Positions 1 to 11,085 of a stretch of 64,000 nt of DNA are shown here, piece by piece. Numbering within the stretch: position 1 is the first letter of the stretch; every line of letters begins with the position of its first letter. Source of the stretch: Octopus bimaculoides (lineage: Eukaryota); contig NC_069002.1 in assembly GCF_001194135.2 (NCBI RefSeq), positions 17,071,423-17,135,422 of the forward strand, written 5' to 3'. The position numbers and the translations under genes are program-made. The notes below the pieces were generated by a model. The model was not told where the DNA came from. It ran no database searches and was given only the letters and a program-made list of their open reading frames with translations.

Positions 1-134
1 AGGAAAGTTGATACTTTTTAATGACATTTTCTATATATACCTTTCAGAGTGTGTAGGTAATGATTATATTAGTGATTGATATCGAAAACAAAACTGGTGG
101 ACTCATACACTTACATACTGACATACATCATGTA

Positions 135-405
135 TGAGGGGTACCGAAAAGTAACCGGATACGTTCTCTGTAGGACAAGCCCATTGTAATTCAGACTGCC
201 CTACAAGACGCCACTTGATGCAACCCTCAGGCATCAGTCTGATGACTGACATCGTTGAATGAAGTTGTACTGCCACATGGTGTGTCTTTGTTTTGCACTG
301 CCTTTTCCCCATTCATCGATTTTTGCAATGGCTGAAACAATCAAACAGCTTGCTTCTATAAAATTCTGTTCTCTGCTGGGGCAAACAGTGGCTGAAACAG
401 TTCAT
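135..405 (+). mobile_element. 5' fragment of a mariner-like element
   Basis: TA-(T)GAGGGG start and an N-terminal transposase remnant (ASIKFCSLLGQTVAETV). The same family occurs at 38964-39272. Confidence 0.65.
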
Positions 406-2045
406 TGAATGTCATGGTGATGAAGTTGGTAAGTCTGAACGTAGCTGCTGTGGTAGTGGTTCTTGTCACTGGAACTGGCTGTCTTTGTGGTCAGTGGCTA
501 GACCTTAAAAGGTCTGGAACTAAAGACACCGGAATGAGGAAAAGCTGAGTTTTTATAAGGAGCTGTAGGCTAAAATAGGGTAGTAAACAAGCTGCCCCAC
601 GTGATCCTGCTTAGAGCCTCTGTTTGGTTATCCACGACAAGTTGGCACAATCGAGGAGACAAATTGCGCCAATACCAACCAATCAGAGTAGTGGACACAA
701 CGTGATCTAAATAGAGGCCAAAGGCTAGCCGTTCCTTGCTACATTCAAATGCACATATATATTTGACCACCGTTGTGTGTTATCTTATATAATAAATGGG
801 AGTGAGGAATTTCACCCGAGTCTATGCTACAAATATATAAACCTAATGTTGAAAAACAGAGAGAACAACATCCTGAAAGTTGGCAGTGCATTCCTCAAGT
901 ACTGTCATACTGACAACTTCCTATAAAACTCAAAAATAGTTTGACTAACATAACTCAAAGAAAACCTGCCTCATCACATTATCATGCTAGATGCCTTTTT
1001 CAGTAGCTTCTATATTAGATGTCTGATACAAACTGAAGCTGATGTAAAAGGGTATAATGAATGACCATGGGACTGCATCTAGAAATCTACCCTCTGGGGC
1101 AGAAGTTCAGGCTAGGTTGTTTATGGAAGACCAGCAGTCACCCATTCATACTAGCCTCCTCTCTCCATGCCACCAATGTTGTCCAAGGGAAATGCAAAAG
1201 TTGATACAGCTTGGCACTAGTGATGTTGTAACTCATTTCTACAGCTGAGTGAATTGGAACAATGTGAAGTAAAGAATCTTGCTCAAGAACATAACACACA
1301 GCCCAGTCTGGGAATTGAACTCACTACCTCATGATTGTGAGCTTGATGCTCAAATCACTGAGTCATGTGCCTTCACTGATGTACACGCAATATAAAACAA
1401 TTTACTTTGAGAGATCTTTTCTTTTATTTGTTCTGAGTTGTTTCTTTTTTTAACAATACTTTTTATAGTTTTCATAACCATTCATCATCATCATAATCAT
1501 CATTGTTTAACGTCCGCTTTCCATGCTAGCATGGGTTGGACGATTTGACTGAGGACTGGTGCAACCGGATGGCTACACCAGGCTCCAATCTGATTTGGCA
1601 GAGTTTCTACAGCTGGATGCCCTTCCTAACGCCAACCACTCAGAGAGTGTAGTGGGTGCTTTTACATGTCACCCGCACGAAGGCCAGTCAGGCGGAACTG
1701 GCAACGAGTATATTAATATCATTAAAATATGTTCATATCTTTTAGTGTGTTTTTGTTTTAAATTTAAATACAAAGAGTGTAATTGTTTTTGTTTCATATC
1801 TGAATTGGATACAAATTCTACAAACAAGTGAGAAACAATCTCAGGCAGTTTTTATCAATACACTTTTAATATCATTAAAATATGTTCATATCTTTTAATA
1901 CATTTTTTATTTAAATTTAAATATAAGAGTTTTTGTTTTATATTTGAATTGGATAACAATTCTTCAAACAAGTGAGAAACAATCTTAAGCTTATCAATAT
2001 ACTTTTCAAAAACTTTTAAATATATCAGTAACGGGTATAGATAAC

Positions 2046-2126
2046 TCATGTGTCAGCAGTGAATGCTTTAAAACGGTACTCTAGATTCTGGCGCTGCTCT
2101 TCAAGTTCAAGCTGTAGATTTATTGC
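2046..2126 (-). CDS. LRRC27: LRRC27 last coding exon (AINLQLELEEQRQNLEYRFKAFTADT*)
   Basis: aatttcag acceptor, phase 0, TGA stop at 2048-2046. Summed CDS is 1557 nt, divisible by 3 with all phases consistent. Confidence 0.82.
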   Translation of the reverse strand, partial: AINLQLELEEQRQNLEYRFKAFTADT

Positions 2127-2378
2127 CTGAAATTTTGAAACAAAATGGAATAATAAAAATGAATTTGTTTCTATTTGTTTGAGTAGATTTTAAGAACTCC
2201 AAATTTTAAGCAAGTGTTGGAAATGATGTTTAGACATTTACATTTTTCCTAAGGTATATAAATCAACTGAACTAGTTTTAGGCAGGTTTTGAAACACCTC
2301 ACTGACATCTTACACTTTGCTCTATTTAACTTCAACATTTCAGTCAAGCAGTTATTTGTTTGTTGTTGCGTAGCCCAA

Positions 2379-2960
2379 CCCTTTAGTATTCAGATCACCC
2401 TATCAAATGTAATACTTATTTATTCAGTTTCATCATCATCATCATCATCGTCGTTTAACATCCGCTTTCCATGCTAGCATGGGTTGGACGAATTGACTGA
2501 GGACTGGTGAAACCAGATGGCTACACCAGGCTCCAATCTGATTTGGCAAAGTTTCTATGGCTAGATGCCCTTCCTAACGCCAACCACTCCGAGAGTGTAG
2601 TGGGTGCTTTTACGTGTCACCTGCACGAAAGCCAGTCAAGCGGTACTGGCAACGGCCACGCTCAAGATGGTGTATTTTATGTGCCACCTGCACAAGAGCC
2701 AGTCCAGGGGCACTGGCAACGATCTCGCTCGAAAGTCCTTAGACATGCTGCGGGCACAAGTGCCAGAAAGGCGATGCTGGGCACAGGTGCCATCTTTGAA
2801 TTAATCATGCATTATCTTGTAACTCCCAGATTTTGATGATATGACTGTTTAGTTTTAGAACGATATTGTAAAGTAGGTGTGGGAGGCCAGATCTGGCTGG
2901 TTTGAACATGAAACAGCTGAGCTATTTCAGTCTGATATGGCCGGATTAAATGCTAAAATG
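2379..2960. mobile_element. piggyBac-type MITE interrupted by an RTE-tail repeat (about 2430-2790)
   Basis: Both halves align to 14600-14819; right end TGCTAAAATG|TTAA. Confidence 0.55.
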
Positions 2961-3479
2961 TTAAGTAAACAGATCTGATGATATATTACCAGTCAGTCAC
3001 ATAAATGGCTAAGTGTAATCTACAATCTAATGTTGCAGATCATGAGTCCACCATACAGGCCACAGTGAATTGATAAAGGTAATAGCCTCATCGTACTCAT
3101 CTAGCTCCTTGCCTTCTAATGTCAACTTTCGACTTTCTAGGCTCAATAAAATAAAGTGCCAATTTCAAGCAGTAGATGGGGGAAATGATTAAAGCACTGG
3201 GTAGAATGCCTTGTGATATCTGTACCAACTGTTCATATTGTTTGTTCAAACCTTGCTGAGGCCAGTGTGAGTAGCAGATTTAATCCATCACCTGATGTAA
3301 CACGCCTATTTGGTGCTTTGTATCCTTAGCAGAGGAGTTCACTCTGTTGCAAGTCTTTTGTTTGTTATTATTTTTCCGTATTAAATTGAAGACTGACTTC
3401 AAGAATCTGAATCTCAAGGAAAAGATGGCAAAGGAGCAAGATGTCTGGTGAAAAGAGATTCTTGAAAAGACCGTTCTGC

Positions 3480-4330
3480 TTCAGCAAAACTGAATTCTGA
3501 AAGCATTATGTATTGTACTCTGTGGGGATGAGATGAACTGGAAGGAACAAGAAGTGGGGGAGAGGCAGTGAGGGAAGCAAGACCAGGGTCCTCACTTTTC
3601 CAGCCTGGGGCAGTCATGGTGAATGGACATGAGTGGAACGAGGTAGCAGGCATTGGTAGTAGCAGCTTCTGACATTGGGTGAGACAGGTAGGGCATGTGC
3701 TTGGATTTAACACAGCTGGATAGCCAACAATGAAAGGTAGGTGAACTGTATTTTATTCCCTGCATTACAGTTCCCTCATACCACATACTTTCTATCCACA
3801 TTATAGTGACTCCCTCCCCCATGAACCATGTTCTCTCCCATGCACTATACCTGCCTCTCCCCACCACCAGTTCCTGCAGACTACCCAACTATGTCATCTC
3901 TCTCTCCCCTCCTCAGCCTGTTAACTGTATCGCCATTACTATTCCTGCTGCTTTCCCCCACTCCTACTCTTTACTACATCCCTCTTTCTTCTTCAACTCA
4001 TGGATCATTGTTCATCCACCCTTCAGCAGTCTTAGATTTTAGTCTACTTCCCCATCCCCTCATCTCCGTCCATACAATCTTGCAAACCACCCACCCTGCC
4101 ACCCACTTCTACTCACCTTGTGCCTTTTGGGGCCACCTAGGCACCTCATTGCCACTATCTATCTCTTTTCAGCTCCTACTGATCATTTCTCTTTTCTTCC
4201 ACCCCTTCCTCTATCAAATTTGAGTAGCCATACTGATCTGCAACAAGAACCTGCTTTGACGCCTCACCTCTTCTCATAATTTAACTCCTTATTCCCCAGA
4301 ATGAAGATAACACCCTACCCTAAGATTCAT
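3480..4330. mobile_element. Highly decayed, probably PLE-derived relic
   Basis: Minus-strand YLVPLMSIHHDCPR weakly resembles the PLE RT motif YLLPKIHK..CPGRP, followed by pyrimidine-rich UTR-like DNA. Confidence 0.3.
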
Positions 4331-4551
4331 AGTCCTGTGAGCTGCATAGTAACCTTAATAGTGCAGGTGGCATATAAAAAAAGAGCACCTAGTGCACACT
4401 GTAAAGTGATTGACATTAGAAAAAGAGTCCAACGATGCCAAAAGAGACATTGGAGCACAATGCGATTCATTGGATTCTGTCAAACCATCCCAACGCATGC
4501 CAGCAAGAAACGTGGTCGTTAAATGATGACGATGATAATTAAAGCACTTAC

Positions 4552-4678
4552 GATATTCATGTATTCTTTCGTAGCTGCCACCTCTTCAGCAATTGTCCCT
4601 TTTGGTTTTTTACGTCTCTCATGCATCCTGATATAATGGGACCTAATTTTATTCTCCAGTTCCAAAATCTTCTCCGAT
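4552..4678 (-). CDS. LRRC27: LRRC27 coding exon 9 (SEKILELENKIRSHYIRMHERRKKPKGTIAEEVAATKEYMNI)
   Basis: GTAAGT donor; resembles the human LEEKIKQHVLQMREQRR region. The only phase-compatible acceptor is a GAG (4679-4681). Confidence 0.85.
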
Positions 4679-5039
4679 CTCAAAAAATAAAGAAACAATT
4701 TTAAGCTTCCTTATCATCATCATTGACATTGTAAAAGGTTGATATTTGCAATAGAGGCATTAGTCTCTCTCTATCACCTTTCAACAAAATTATATATTAA
4801 GCAAACAGTAGAACAATTAACAACATAATAAAAATAAGTTTTATTTTTTGGGATGCTTGGCTTTACAAATCCTGAGTCATTCAGCTTAGTAGTCGCTGGT
4901 TAACTTGTAATCACCATTGGAAGGTTAAGAGCTTCGTTGAGGCATGCCAAAGGAGCAAGTAGCTCTCACGTCGAAGGTATCGCCCTCAAGAGCAAGTTGT
5001 TAGATAGAAGGCATCGCGCTAAGTCTGTTAAAAAGTGAA

Positions 5040-5165
5040 AGAAACTTTTTAAGTACTAGTTTTACTACGCATGCACACTCAAGGAGCTTCCGGGAATGCA
5101 AGTTCCTTGCGCATGCGTAGATTGTACTTCCTCAATGGCGGCCATAATTTCGCGCCACTACACCA
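5040..5165. promoter_or_regulatory. CpG-rich housekeeping-type promoter motif cluster inside an LRRC27 intron
   Basis: NRF1-like GCGCATGCG, ZNF143-like GGGAATGCAAGT, ETS CTTCCGG, YY1-like ATGGCGGCC and E2F TTTCGCGC all fall within about 110 bp. Confidence 0.55.
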
Positions 5166-6260
5166 TCATCATCACCAACATTACCATTATCACTGTTACC
5201 ATTAACAACAGCATTATCAATAGCATCACAATGAAGAAGCCTCTTGATAACTGCTCAACTTGCTAGAAATAGCAATCAAAGCCTCCTAATGATATATCCT
5301 GCTGTCTTAAAAAAATGACATGCTGGTTAATGGAGTCTTCGATAAATCATTTGAAAAGAAGATGGGATGGTCATGGACGGAACATCTTTGAAAATAACTA
5401 TAACAATACTTTAAATCAAACCATTAAAGAAGCCTCTATGCGATTGATTGACCTGCTAGAAATATCAGTCACATCAATTGTATCACACCTTGCTATCATT
5501 AAAGGAGAAGAGGATCACATAAGATGATAGTCCTATATGCACACTGTCTGAATAAATCCAGATGGGATGGTCACAGCTGGAATGCCTTTGTAGCTTTTAA
5601 AGACAAGCAGAATAGATAATTCTTTACTTGAAAGTAGGTAAACATAAGTGACAGGAACAGCATCTGACTGTGAAGCAATATGTCGATATTATGTATTTGT
5701 TCAACCCATGGAGAAGTGAATGCATGTTGGTGGTGGTGTGATACTGTTATTAGTTAGCCTCAGATAGACTTAATTGAACATACTGTCACATGACACTAAC
5801 GCATGGATGTAGCGGGAAACGTACAAAAGGTTATAAACTTTAACATGTTCATTCTCTACAAACACTTGACAGAAAACATTCAGAGCATTGAATGTTTGGA
5901 CTTTTTCAGTCAACTGTGTCGGCCTTAACATTTTGATACTAACACATGGACATAACGGGGAATCTACAAATGTTTTTAAGACCAGTCATGTAACTATTCT
6001 CTACCAATCAAATCCTATTCAAAACATATACCAATTTCAGCCATGAACTCCCTATAACAATAGGGCAAGCTTCAAATACTAGTCAGAAGCAAGACAGCTT
6101 CGACATAAGCCACGTCTTTCTATTTGAAGTTTTTGAAAATCAGTGCAAACTGCGAAACCGGTTAAAGCTTCAAATATATTAATAAAATATATTTTAACTA
6201 TTCTTAGTGCATTTTCAACTTCTATTTTTCCTCGTGTTTTTCTCTTTGTTTTCTCCGTAT

Positions 6261-6297
6261 TCTTTCTGTTGAAGAACGTAGCTCGAAACGTTAAAGA
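6261..6297 (+). ncRNA. Minimal hammerhead-like motif with CUGUUGA core (second, 5'-clipped copy at 23181-23210)
   Basis: TCTTT-CTGTTGA-A-GA(A/G)C-GTA-GCTC-GAAAC-GT(T/C)-AAAGA; stems I and II pair. Confidence 0.5.
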
Positions 6298-7129
6298 CTT
6301 TCTGTATTCCTGAGCGTTAAACTAATACATCCTTTTGTTGTCTACACCACCTGTCCTCGTCTGTTGTTGTTTTTTTCGTAAATTCTCCCATATATATATG
6401 TATATATATATATACATGTAATACCATCGTCTTTTAATGTCTATTTTGCCGTACTTTAGGAAATCAGCCAATCACCTACAAAACTTCTGTACACCTGTCA
6501 GATAAGTTACATTCTCATCAAGAAAAGGAACAGAAGAGCTCTTGTAAATGCCAAAACCTTTCCTGGTACAGAATACTCAACTCAATATAGATTAATGGTT
6601 AGTGACTTCAGAGTCAGAGCTAGGCAAATACAGAAATGAATGATGGCATTGCAAAGGAAGAGATGGAAACTAAAAGATCGTAGAGATTTAGAGAAATCAT
6701 GATTGATTCATATAACTGTAGGGCGGTTAGATTTAGATACACATAGCACAATCAAAAGCTAAGAATTTCTACAGATTAACTAGCTCAGAGCCACGGATTA
6801 GACGTGTAGCTGGATCAAAGTCCCAACCAAGCTGAAAGTAACATAGCAGTAGAATGATATGATTGATGGGGCAGTAACAGCCTAAGGGAAAGGCTTGCAA
6901 AACCTGGAAAAAAGGTGGTAGTAAGGGACATTATGAAATGTCTAGAAGGTGCAGGAGTGGCTGTGTGGTAAGTAGCTTGCTTACCAACCACATGGTTCCG
7001 GGTTCAGTCCCACTGCATGGGACTTTGGGCATGTTTTAATTGGCAGCATGAACCTCCCAAATTACAATTTTTGTTTCAGCACATGATTTCATACCAAGAA
7101 TCTTGTAATAACAAACACAACAACGATAT

Positions 7130-7193
<64 letters not shown>

Positions 7194-7225
7194 CAGAGTG
7201 TGATATTTATGTACACATGACTCAC

Positions 7226-7296
7226 TTCTCTTTAGATATCAGCTTTTTAATTTCAAGTGGGACCAGCTTTGGAAGTGGCTGAGTCAATACTGGTTC
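7226..7296 (-). CDS. LRRC27: LRRC27 coding exon 8 (EPVLTQPLPKLVPLEIKKLISKE)
   Basis: attttcag acceptor, GTGAGT donor. Phase 0/2 exactly bridges exons 7 and 9. Confidence 0.78.
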
Positions 7297-7649
7297 CTGA
7301 AAATAATGAGCAAAGAAAAAGTGATTTATAATAAAGGCAGTATAAAACAACAAATTTTTCAGTTAGGGGAAGCTTGTATACAGGATGGTCAGGCTAAAGT
7401 TGATGATTTTTATATCCCCTTTTTTCAGGAACAGCTTGGTATATTTATTGGTGAACAGTGAACTGCATTGGAAAGCATAAATATTAAAGTTGTAGTTGAG
7501 AAAAAATTAGCTGACATAGAGGACTGAAAACTGTCTGGGTATAGGAAAAAAGTTACCTATATCATAATGTTTCATGCCAGGTGTCAAAAGACTAACATCA
7601 TAACTGCTACTCAATGCTCCATGAACACTATAAAGGATATAAGTTGAGA

Positions 7650-8280
7650 CATGGAGAGCTATAATGGAGACTATGAAGCTGTGGCTAGCAAGAAGGGTCG
7701 TAATAGGTGTTCTGTGTTAGCATGCTGGAATTAATCCCCACATCTTTCAACAGACCTTAGGCTCAATTCAGATGGTTATGTAAAGCCGCTGGAGACTGTA
7801 GTTAATACCTGGCTGGAGAGGGCTGCTGCTGCTACTGGAAGGTCATATGTGTAGCAGCAAAATTCAGCTCCTTGTCATACCTCTGGAAAGAGTTAGAAAT
7901 GGTTGCCAGAGAATTTCAATAACTTCACCAGCCCCAATTCTTGGCCTCCTAATTCCCCTGATTATGATCCAATGGATTATTATGTGTGAGAAAGAAAACA
8001 GCCACTCTGCCTGCAGCACCAAGGCCAAGCTGGTGGCCAAGATCAAGGAGGTGTTCAAAGGTCTTACCAGGGAGACAGGGAGGAATGCATGTGCCAGGTT
8101 CCAAAGCCATCTTGAGGCCATGGTGGAAGCTGAGGTGGAGGATACTTTGAGTAAACTGTTATCTCCCAGCCATAATCTAGGTGATATTTCTTGATTGTTT
8201 AAAATACTTTTATTTCAGCATGGGATATTGTGTTTTCTATTCCTTTTATGCAAACTATCAAATTTAGCCTGAACTCCCTG
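7650..8280 (+). mobile_element. 3' fragment of a maT/DD37D-like Tc1-mariner element
   Basis: Remnants QQNSAPCHTS, PPNSPDYDPMDY and NACARFQSHLEAMVEA; ends CCTGAACTCCCTG-TA. Confidence 0.75.
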
Positions 8281-8325
8281 TATGTATGAAAGGGTCTATT
8301 TTGTGTGTGTATAAATACATACACA

Positions 8326-8371
<46 letters not shown>

Positions 8372-8966
8372 TTACATTACATACTTATATACATACTTGC
8401 ATGCATACATACATACATATGTATGAGAATACATACATAAACATACATACATACATACATACAAAAATACCCTGGTGATGTTGAAATTCCAATGAAGGAG
8501 CCCTGGATCTAGGTTAGAAACCAGTTCTTTCTCTATTGGCAGGAAATCTTGAAATAAAACTGACTGACTTACTCACTCACTGACTCACAGACAGACAGAC
8601 AGACAGACAGACAGNNNNNNNNNNNNNNNNNNNNNNNNNNNNNNNNNNNNNNNNNNNNNNNNNNNNTACAAAGAGTAAGTCCTAGGGTCAATTTCTTCAA
8701 CTAAAACCCTTCAAGGCAGTGCCCCAGCCTGGCTATAATCAAATGACTGAAACAAGTAAAAGGATAAAAGAATATATGTTCCAAATTTCATATACGGGGA
8801 CAAAGGGAGAATTATTGCTTTGTGCCTCAGAAGCATTTATTTCAAAAGGGATTTTTTTAATGAAAAAAGCAGAGAAAACATGTAAGAAAATGAAGCGAAG
8901 AACTGTGGTGTTGGTGGTGTAAATTGGAAAATTATAGATATATCCTCACATTGTCACATTATTTAC

Positions 8967-9049
8967 CTTATTAGCTTCTTCACGGGACATCATTTTCATG
9001 TATTCCCCATAAACTCCAAACGGGGCATCACCTGTGATATTGGGGATTT
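8967..9049 (-). CDS. LRRC27: LRRC27 coding exon 7 (IPNITGDAPFGVYGEYMKMMSREEANK)
   Basis: Long polypyrimidine tract plus TAG acceptor, GTAAAT donor, phase 1/0, open frame. Confidence 0.82.
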
Positions 9050-9534
9050 CTAAGAAAAAGAAAAGAAAATGTAATTTGCAAAAAAATTATTACCATCATT
9101 TTGTCATGGAAACTTCTACACAGTCACTGCTAGAAATAGCAGCTAATTCTCCCTGAAACCATACCTGGTCTACTTAAAAATGAAAGGACAACCTTAAGTA
9201 ATGTAGGCCAAGATACACCTCTAAAAATATTGATCACAGTTGGGATGCCTTTAATCATGTATCTACTCAATTAAGGTTGACCTAGGGTTAAACAATAATA
9301 GCAATGAAAACAACAACAATCAGCAATATATATGGCCAATGAGGGAGCCGCTCCATGGATGCATAACTTGCTTTAAACAGTAACCAATTCTCTTTCATTC
9401 AAATCACACTAATATCTTATTGGAAAATGTAGTCAAAGATCACTAGGTCTGAATAAAAGATGGGTCAGTCATTACTGGAATGTTTTTGATTGCATGTCTA
9501 CTTAATTAGTGCTGAATTGGACTAAAGTTATTAT

Positions 9535-9912
9535 GGCACTCCGCCGCTTACGACGTCAAGGGTTCCAGTTGATCCGATCAACGGAACAGCCTGCTCGTGA
9601 AATTAACGTGCAAGTGGCTGAGCACTCCACAGACACGTGTACCCTTAACGTAGTTCTCAAGGATATTAAGCGTGACACAGTGTGACAAGGCTGACCCTTT
9701 GAATTACAGGTACAGCAGAACCAAGAAGAAAGAGTGAGAGAAAGTTGTGGTGAAAGAGTACAGCAGGGTTCGCCACCATCCCCTGCCGGAGCCTCGTGGA
9801 GCTTTAGGTGTTTTCGCTCAATAAACACTCACAACACCCGGTCTGGGAATCGAAACCACGATCCTATGACCGTGAGTCCGCTGCCCTAACCACCTAGCCA
9901 TTGTGCCTCCAC
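9535..9912 (-). mobile_element. tRNA-headed SINE, young family (also 11500-12128)
   Basis: A/B boxes on the minus strand (TGGCTAGGTGG...GGTTTCGATTCC); near-identical body at 11500-12128. Confidence 0.8.
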
Positions 9913-10419
9913 TTGGACTAAAGTACAAGATATTAAATAACAATTTGTGAAGTTAATAAGAAATACCTATGTAGTCAATAGCCAGAAATAGCAATCAAAT
10001 CCTTTTGAAATCACAACATGATGTTCAAAAAAATAAGGACACATAATAGTTTTAGAATGAAGTTTTAGATGTACAGAATAATGAGCATTTGACTTGAGGG
10101 CTAAACAAAAACAATTGTGCTATGTCAAGGCAACAAGAAAACTACAATGCAATCATTTGACCAGCTACAAATAGTGCCTAACTACCCCTCAGATCACATT
10201 CTCATGTCTTTAAAATGGTAAACATATGAGATAATGAAGTCCTGATATACTGTATTTAGGATATATAACTTAAAGTAGGATTGTCATGAATAAACCACTT
10301 TTCTTTTATGAGAATTTCCATGAGAAAATGCAAAAGTAATTTTCTTTTGTCAATTAGATACTGACAACTTCGTCACACCTGCCTAGGCTCAGAGAATGTA
10401 AAAATTAGAATAAACACCA

Positions 10420-10608
10420 CAAAGTGGCGAACTGGCAGAAACGTTAGCACACTGGACGAAATGCTTAGCGGTATTTCGTCTGCAGTTACATTCTGAGTTC
10501 AAATTCCGCTGAGGTCGACTTTGCCTTTCATCCTTTCAGGGTCAATAAATTAAATACCAGTTACACACTGGGGTCGATGTAATCAACTTAATCTCTTTTT
10601 CTGTCCTT
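10420..10608 (+). mobile_element. tRNA-related SINE family (TGGCAGAA...GAGTTCAAATT...TTTGCCTTTCATCC); further copies near 23625, 24590, 24930, 32985, 44750, 46960, 48690 and 49375
   Basis: Shared box-B-like GAGTTCAAAT and core GTCAACTTTGCCTTTCATCC seen in all the listed copies. Confidence 0.75.
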
Positions 10609-10843
10609 NNNNNNNNNNTTGTGGGCAATAAAGAAATAACAAAGCATTTTGCTCTAACAATTTTACTAAATGACCACTCTAGATTGGTACTTGGTTTTAT
10701 TGGCAGTGGAACACTGAAAAGCCATGTTAACCTTCATAGAATTTGAACTCAAGATTAAACTGGGCCTAACCAACAACAATGAAACATAGATCATTACAAT
10801 TTAGAGTAAAAAAAAATCCTTTCTCATCTAATCTTCTACTTAC

Positions 10844-10917
10844 CATTCTCGGAAGCTGTTAACATTTCTTGCTTGTGTTTAGTCTCCTGTCTGAATTTTT
10901 TCAGTGAGTCTTCATCT
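10844..10917 (-). CDS. LRRC27: LRRC27 coding exon 6 (DEDSLKKFRQETKHKQEMLTASEN)
   Basis: gtttcag acceptor, GTAAGT donor, phase 2/1. Resembles the LRRC27 'ALQEWRE' coiled-coil segment. Confidence 0.82.
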
Positions 10918-10957
10918 CTGAAACCCACAACAGACTATTGATGATTAGATAGAACTA

Positions 10958-10961
10958 CTAT

Positions 10962-11003
<42 letters not shown>

Positions 11004-11085
11004 CACTACTACTACTACTACCACCACCAACAACAACCACCACCACCACCATCACTGCTGCCACCATCACCACCACTACTACTAT
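10958..11085. repeat. (TAC)n/(CAC)n compound microsatellite
   Basis: Seen directly. Confidence 0.95.

Noticed and set aside
48-56. Possible 9-nt plus-strand microexon (ctttcag|AGTGTGTAG|gtaatg)
   Set aside because: No host gene can be identified on that strand in the window, and such matches arise by chance.
4870-5030. Known snRNA or snoRNA in the CpG-rich intronic stretch
   Set aside because: No Sm site, no properly spaced C/D or H/ACA boxes, and no resemblance to the U-series RNAs I can recall. An Rfam search would settle it.
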